Positions 59,047 through 64,000 of a stretch of DNA of 64,000 nucleotides are shown piece by piece. The position numbers and the translations under genes are program-made. Source of the stretch: Candidatus Poribacteria bacterium (lineage in GTDB: Bacteria; Abyssobacteria; SURF-5); NCBI GenBank assembly GCA_016215705.1, contig JACRIR010000209.1, positions 16,530-80,529 of the forward strand, in the 5' to 3' direction. The number at the start of each line of letters is the position of its first letter. Position 1 is the first letter of the stretch. Below the pieces are notes generated by a model, which saw only the letters and a program-made list of their open reading frames with translations, did not search any database and was not told the origin of the DNA.

Positions 59047-60414
59047 TCACGTGGTTCCCTTACCCTTCGGCACGTATCCCAGCGGTGCGCCCGGTGGTAT
59101 GAGTGGCTCCTTTTGGACGCTCTCATTGAATTCGATGAGAAGCAGACCCATGTGGAACGCCACCCACGAATGGAGATGCGGATAATTGAGCCGTTTTCTC
59201 TCCTTCGGATCTACGATAAGGTTTACAAGATTCGGGTTGGGGATCGGCAAAGCAGGATCTGTATAGTATCGCTGCTCCATTAGCTTCACCTTGAAATTAC
59301 GCCACTTCGCGCCGTAGAGGGTGGGGCCGTTCCAAAAAAGAAACCCCTCACGGTTGGAATTCTCCTGCCCGCCTTCAAAGAACGCCCGCTGATCCACCCC
59401 GTCAATCACCCGGTCCGTCGGCGGCTCACAGCCCGCCCATCTGAGCAGAGTCGCGAACATATCGGTGATGTGAACGACTTCGTTGCTCTGCCGGCCAGCA
59501 GGCACCCTGCCCGGATAGCGAATCAAACACGGCGTTCGCAGCGAGCCTTCCATCCCCGTGAAATACGAGCCCTCGAAGAACCCGGCAGTGCCTCGCCAGG
59601 GCTCTTTCTCCTCGGGACCATTGTCGCCGGAGAACACCACAATCGTGTTGTCGGCGACTCCGAGTTCATCCAGGTAGTCGAGCAGCACGCCAAAATCCGA
59701 GTCGAGCTCGAGCATGGAATCGGCGAAGTTGTCATTGCCCGTCTTCCCTTTGAATTCGTCGCGCGGGACCGTCGGGAAATGCAGCATCGAGTGGCAGAAG
59801 TAGAGAAAGAAGGGTTTGTCCGCGTTGACGCTCTGCTTAAGGAAGGCCTTGGCGCGCTTCATGTACTCGACGTCGATATTGCGGCGAGCCTCGATGGTCA
59901 GTTGCTCGACCGCCCGTATGTCTTCTCCTTTGCGGCCTTCGAGAACGTATGAAATAGGGTCGCGCTTCGGGTCATACCACGGGTCATCCGGCCAGAGAGA
60001 CTCGTCGTAGCTGCGCGGTATGCCGTACCATTCGTCGAAACCATGCTCAATCGGCCACCGCCCTTTCTCTGCGCCGATGTGCCATTTGCCATAAAGCGCC
60101 GTGGCGTAACCCGCCTCGGACAAAATGTCGCCCATTGTTCGCTCCCACGCAACAATGCCTCCGCTCGTGCCCGCGAGTGCTACCGTATGTGTGCCCGAGC
60201 GAATGGAATAGCGGCCTGTCATTAACGCCGAGCGGGTGGGCGTGCACTGCGCCTCTGGCGCAAAGTTGAGAAGCTTGATCCCTTCGGTGGCGAATTGATC
60301 GAGGCGGCGTGTCTCAACTCCTCGCAAAATCCCGCCCCCGTAGCAACCCAGTTCGCCGAATCCGAGGTTGTCGCACAAGAAATAGACAATGTTCGGACGT
60401 TTGGGATGTTCCAT
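59047..60414 (-). CDS. Cys-type arylsulfatase, no signal peptide
   Basis: RPNIV...DNLG, CTPTRSALMTGR, GKWH, SGDNG, EGSLRTP. Confidence 0.93.
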   Translation of the reverse strand: MEHPKRPNIVYFLCDNLGFGELGCYGGGILRGVETRRLDQFATEGIKLLNFAPEAQCTPTRSALMTGRYSIRSGTHTVALAGTSGGIVAWERTMGDILSEAGYATALYGKWHIGAEKGRWPIEHGFDEWYGIPRSYDESLWPDDPWYDPKRDPISYVLEGRKGEDIRAVEQLTIEARRNIDVEYMKRAKAFLKQSVNADKPFFLYFCHSMLHFPTVPRDEFKGKTGNDNFADSMLELDSDFGVLLDYLDELGVADNTIVVFSGDNGPEEKEPWRGTAGFFEGSYFTGMEGSLRTPCLIRYPGRVPAGRQSNEVVHITDMFATLLRWAGCEPPTDRVIDGVDQRAFFEGGQENSNREGFLFWNGPTLYGAKWRNFKVKLMEQRYYTDPALPIPNPNLVNLIVDPKERKRLNYPHLHSWVAFHMGLLLIEFNESVQKEPLIPPGAPLGYVPKGKGTT

Positions 60415-60437
60415 GGTTTCTCTCCCGTCTCTCGACT

Positions 60438-60503
60438 AACCATGAACCACTAACCACTAACCACTAACCACTAACCATAAACCATGAACCATGAACCATG
60501 AAC
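60438..60503. repeat. AACCA(CT/TG/TA) heptamer x9
   Basis: AACCATG, AACCACT x4, AACCATA, AACCATG x3; related units at 15610-15636. Confidence 0.85.
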
Positions 60504-60545
60504 TCCGCGCGCTCCGCGCGGCTTCCTTTCGTCTTTCGCCTTCTA

Positions 60546-61817
60546 TTATCCGTGACAGCGCTTGAACTTAAGTCCGCTGCCGCATGGGCAAGGGTCGTTT
60601 CGGCCTGCTTTCGCGAGCTTTGCCTTCAGTCGGGCATCTTCCACTGCAAGCATTTGCATGACTTCTGCTGGCGCGCGCCGTTGCTTCAAGAGTTCTGCCA
60701 TGAGCTTCATCGGGCGGGCGATGTGCGTAAAGAATGCTTTCAAACCGGCGCATAAGTAATTGAGTCCGGTGGCGCCGTCCGGTGTTTCGCAAAACCGGTT
60801 TTTCGGGCACTCCCCATTGCAGGCAAACAACACGACACATTCACGGCAACAGCGGGGGAGAGCGTCTCGTTTGTCCAGCCCGAACCTGTGCTGCTTGTCT
60901 GAAGCTGCAAGCTCAATCAGCGGCTGCTCCATGATGTTGCCAAGGTAATGCTTCGGTTCCACAAAATGATCGCAGGAATAAAGGTCGCCGTTATGTTCCA
61001 AAACCATAGCGAACCCGCAGGTCGAAGCCGTTGTGCATATGGCGGACGGCGCTCCTGCCCACGACGCAAGCGCTGCGTCAAAATGGTTCACGAAAATACG
61101 ACCTACGTCCTTTTGGATCCATTCGTCAAAGATTGCGCATAGAAAACGGCCGTACTGCTCAGGCCCGACCGACCGTTCCGTGACCGTGTTACCCTCCACG
61201 AATCCCGTCTCATTGTCTCGCTCGACAATTGGAATGAACTGGATAAAGCGTGCGCCGACCTCATCACGAAAGAACTTGTAGACTTCCACCGAATGATCGG
61301 CATTAGCCGCATTGACTGTGGCCAGGATATTGAATTCCACTTTGTGCTGATGCATCACCTGAACGGCTCGCATCACTTTGTCGAATACCGGCCTCCCTGT
61401 TTTGTCCATCCTGTAGGCGTCATGCAGTTCCCTCGGTCCATCGAGGCTGAGGCCGACTAGAAACTGGTGCTCATGGAAGAAGCGAAGCCATTCCTCGTCG
61501 AGAAGGACGCCGTTCGTCTGAATGGTGTTCTGAATGGCAACGCCGGACTTTAGATGTTTTCTTTCGTACTCGATGGACTTGCGGAAGAAATCGAGTCCCA
61601 TCAACGTCGGCTCGCCACCCTGCCACGCAATAGTGACGGACTGCTCGCCGCAAGCCTCTATCACCTGGCGGATATAGCTCTCAAGTACCGCGTCGCCCAT
61701 CCGGAAATTGCTCCCCGGGTACAGATTCTCCTTCTTCAAGAAAAAGCAATACTGGCATCCCAGGTTGCAGACTGCGCCCGTAGGCTTCGCCATGATGTGA
61801 AAAGGAGTGTCAGCCAC
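60546..61817 (-). CDS. anaerobic sulfatase-maturating radical SAM enzyme (SPASM) with C-terminal SEC-C motif
   Basis: CNLGCQYC, WQGGEP, QTNG, YSCDH, CRECVVLFACNGECPK, GRNDPCPCGSG.KFKRCHG; GTG 61817 start is a best guess. Confidence 0.93.
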   Translation of the reverse strand: MADTPFHIMAKPTGAVCNLGCQYCFFLKKENLYPGSNFRMGDAVLESYIRQVIEACGEQSVTIAWQGGEPTLMGLDFFRKSIEYERKHLKSGVAIQNTIQTNGVLLDEEWLRFFHEHQFLVGLSLDGPRELHDAYRMDKTGRPVFDKVMRAVQVMHQHKVEFNILATVNAANADHSVEVYKFFRDEVGARFIQFIPIVERDNETGFVEGNTVTERSVGPEQYGRFLCAIFDEWIQKDVGRIFVNHFDAALASWAGAPSAICTTASTCGFAMVLEHNGDLYSCDHFVEPKHYLGNIMEQPLIELAASDKQHRFGLDKRDALPRCCRECVVLFACNGECPKNRFCETPDGATGLNYLCAGLKAFFTHIARPMKLMAELLKQRRAPAEVMQMLAVEDARLKAKLAKAGRNDPCPCGSGLKFKRCHG

Positions 61818-61940
61818 AGAGTCCACCGGGACAACCGAGTTCTTAATCGAAATTGCGCATATGAATTCCCGCCCGCATATCCGCGGTTGCTGCACAACCG
61901 AAGAGATTGGATAATCCAAAATCTAAAATCCAGGACGGAC

Positions 61941-63578
61941 TTATGTCTTCCATCCCCTCGGATTCTTGAGGAATTCGTTTTCCCACCGTTTCATCAGTTC
62001 CAGCATCTGTCTTCCGACGTCCGGATACTTCTTAATAAGATTATAACTTTCTCCGGAGTCCATCTCCAAATTATATAGCAACGGCCACGAGCCGAGCGCG
62101 GGGACCGAAATATCCGTTCCTTTTGGCCTATACTCGTACCCGCCCGCTATGCCGCCAAATGTGGTGTGAGGTTTGTCCAGTGGAACCGGCCACACGTACG
62201 AATTGATGTATCGGAAATACTTCCATTTCCCCGCCCTCACACCCTCGAGCTCGTTGTAATGGAAAAAGAACAGAGCCTCATGAGGCGACTCTGTCTCGGC
62301 GCCTGTAAGAAGGTCCCAGATGTTCTTCCCGTCAATTTCGCGGTCAGTCGGCAGTTCCAGTCCGGCCAGAGACATAAACGTCGGATAGAAATCTATATTC
62401 ATTGAAGGCGCTCCGCAAGTACTCCCTGCCGCGATTCTTCCCGGCCACCTGGCTATGAGCGGAACCCGATAGCCTCCCTCGAAACTCTGGCCCTTTCTTC
62501 CCCTCAAGCTGCCGGGACTGCCGGCATACCACGGGCCGTTGTCGCTGGTGAAAAGGACAAGTGTGTCCTCCTCCAACCCGTTTCTCTGCAGGCAATTCAT
62601 GATCTCGCCGACGCTCCAGTCAACCTCTTCAATCGTGTCTCCAAGTCGGCCTCCCTCAGATTTGTCCTGAAATCTCTCGGACGGGATGCAAGGCTGGTGC
62701 GGGTCCTTATGGCACAAATACAGAAAGAAAGGCTTATCCTTGGAACGCTCTATGAATTGTATCGCCTCGTCGGTAAAAACGCCGGTGTATTGCCCCTGCT
62801 CGATGCCGACATCCTTCACGACTTCTTTCTCGTTTCGCCAGAAAGCAACCGGCCATTCGTCGTTCGCACTATTGAAGCCGGTGTAGTAATCGAACCCGTG
62901 TTTGCTCGGCAAATACTCCGGGCGCTCAGTGAAATCTCCTAGATGCCACTTCCCGATGCATGCGGTTTGGTACCCGACAATCTTCAGCGCTTCGGCAATC
63001 GTGATCTCGGACGCCGGAAGACCGCTCACAAGACTCTCTGCTCCCTGCAAATCCAAAGCGCCCAGTGAGCCAAACGCGGTTCCCGCGCCCCTCCGCAATT
63101 TTCTGAGAAATGTATCCCTTCCCGGATGAATCGGGAACGTCACGCCGGTCCGGTGCGGATACCGGCCGGTCAGAAGTCCCGCGCGCGAAGGCGAACACAA
63201 AGCGTTTGATGAATAAAAGTCCGTGAAGCGCATTCCATCATTCGACATTTGGTCGATGTGCGGCGTCTTGAGGACCTTGCCGCCATAGCACCCCAGATCG
63301 CCGTACCCCAAGTCATCGGTCAGAATCACAATGATATTCGGCCTTTTGCCGCTGAATCCCTGAACCTCTTTGATCACGTTGCCGACCGGCAGCGCGTCTC
63401 TTTGAGGATCGATATAAGTATCCGGACCGAAAGCAAACCGTGCTCCAGGATTCTTCTTTCTTGAGGAGTTACAGTATAAACCAAGCCCCCCGAGCCCGAC
63501 CGCCGCTGCGCCCACTGCCCCAAGCTTCAATAACCGCCTTCTGCTCACCGGTTTTTTCCCCATGGATTCGTCTGACAC
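61941..63578 (-). CDS. Cys-type sulfatase with twin-arginine signal
   Basis: SRRRLLK plus hydrophobic helix; RPNII...DDLGYGD, CSPSRAGLLTGR, GKWH, TSDNG. Confidence 0.93.
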   Translation of the reverse strand: MSDESMGKKPVSRRRLLKLGAVGAAAVGLGGLGLYCNSSRKKNPGARFAFGPDTYIDPQRDALPVGNVIKEVQGFSGKRPNIIVILTDDLGYGDLGCYGGKVLKTPHIDQMSNDGMRFTDFYSSNALCSPSRAGLLTGRYPHRTGVTFPIHPGRDTFLRKLRRGAGTAFGSLGALDLQGAESLVSGLPASEITIAEALKIVGYQTACIGKWHLGDFTERPEYLPSKHGFDYYTGFNSANDEWPVAFWRNEKEVVKDVGIEQGQYTGVFTDEAIQFIERSKDKPFFLYLCHKDPHQPCIPSERFQDKSEGGRLGDTIEEVDWSVGEIMNCLQRNGLEEDTLVLFTSDNGPWYAGSPGSLRGRKGQSFEGGYRVPLIARWPGRIAAGSTCGAPSMNIDFYPTFMSLAGLELPTDREIDGKNIWDLLTGAETESPHEALFFFHYNELEGVRAGKWKYFRYINSYVWPVPLDKPHTTFGGIAGGYEYRPKGTDISVPALGSWPLLYNLEMDSGESYNLIKKYPDVGRQMLELMKRWENEFLKNPRGWKT

Positions 63579-63673
63579 GAGAACCTCCTCTCTGAACCTC
63601 TTCTCCTTTCAGGCACAAACAAACTACACTATATCACATCGTCGTAAAGCAATAGAAGAAGACTGAAAAACAA

Positions 63674-63723
63674 GGGTGTGCGACATAAGAATTGGTCAAG
63701 ACCGCCTTTTATGTCGCACACCC
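63674..63723. repeat. 15-bp perfect inverted repeat with 20-nt spacer
   Basis: GGGTGTGCGACATAA ... TTATGTCGCACACCC. Confidence 0.8.
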
Positions 63724-64000
63724 GAAGAACAAATGGAAACGAATCAGCAGAATTATTCGATCACTGAGCTTGACTCAAACCTTCCAGATGCGGTAATATG
63801 GTTATACATGGAAAACAATATTGTCTCACCTTATCAATTGCGAAATTAGCCTGTAGCATATTTGGAGAAATGAAGTCAAACCTGTTTAAGCCTTCTCAAG
63901 GAGGCGTTTTCCTTGCCGAAGGCCGGTCAGGATGACTTCCAAAAAGAACATGTTTCATATTGATTCAATGAACCTTGGCCGCTTCTTGCACAAAAGGACG

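Overview
Bacterial chromosomal window with no prophage, CRISPR array or transposase visible. Left to right it contains: a partial TetR gene; four tRNAs (Gly, Arg, Lys, Leu); tig-clpP-clpX-engB; a DUF362 protein; a minus-strand run of archaeal-type dehydroquinate genes, a GIY-YIG nuclease cassette and an ArnT-like glycosyltransferase; a GH32/68-like hydrolase; a receptor-less CheB-CheR-PAS kinase module; tatA-tatC-tatB; a ~30 kb surface-glycan region (five more GT-C-type enzymes, six SAM methyltransferases, two GT2, four GT4, WecC-like dehydrogenase, Wzx, an atypical sulfatase, and an AAC(3)-fold/alpha-alpha-barrel pair); HU/IHF; thiE; a MacAB-like ABC exporter; an AsmA/TamB-like protein; and a sulfatase-anSME-sulfatase run. 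The most unusual signal is the set of small repeats. A 104-aa GIY-YIG nuclease sits between 30-bp perfect inverted repeats with tandem truncated copies stacked outward, and empty copies of the same repeat occur elsewhere. A second hairpin family is inserted in frame, twice, in the adjacent glycosyltransferase with 27-bp and 30-bp internal periods. A third palindrome family has site-specific palindromic flanks. All calls come from reading the sequence and ORF translations by eye; no searches were run, and coordinates of repeats and re-chosen starts may be off by a few bases.
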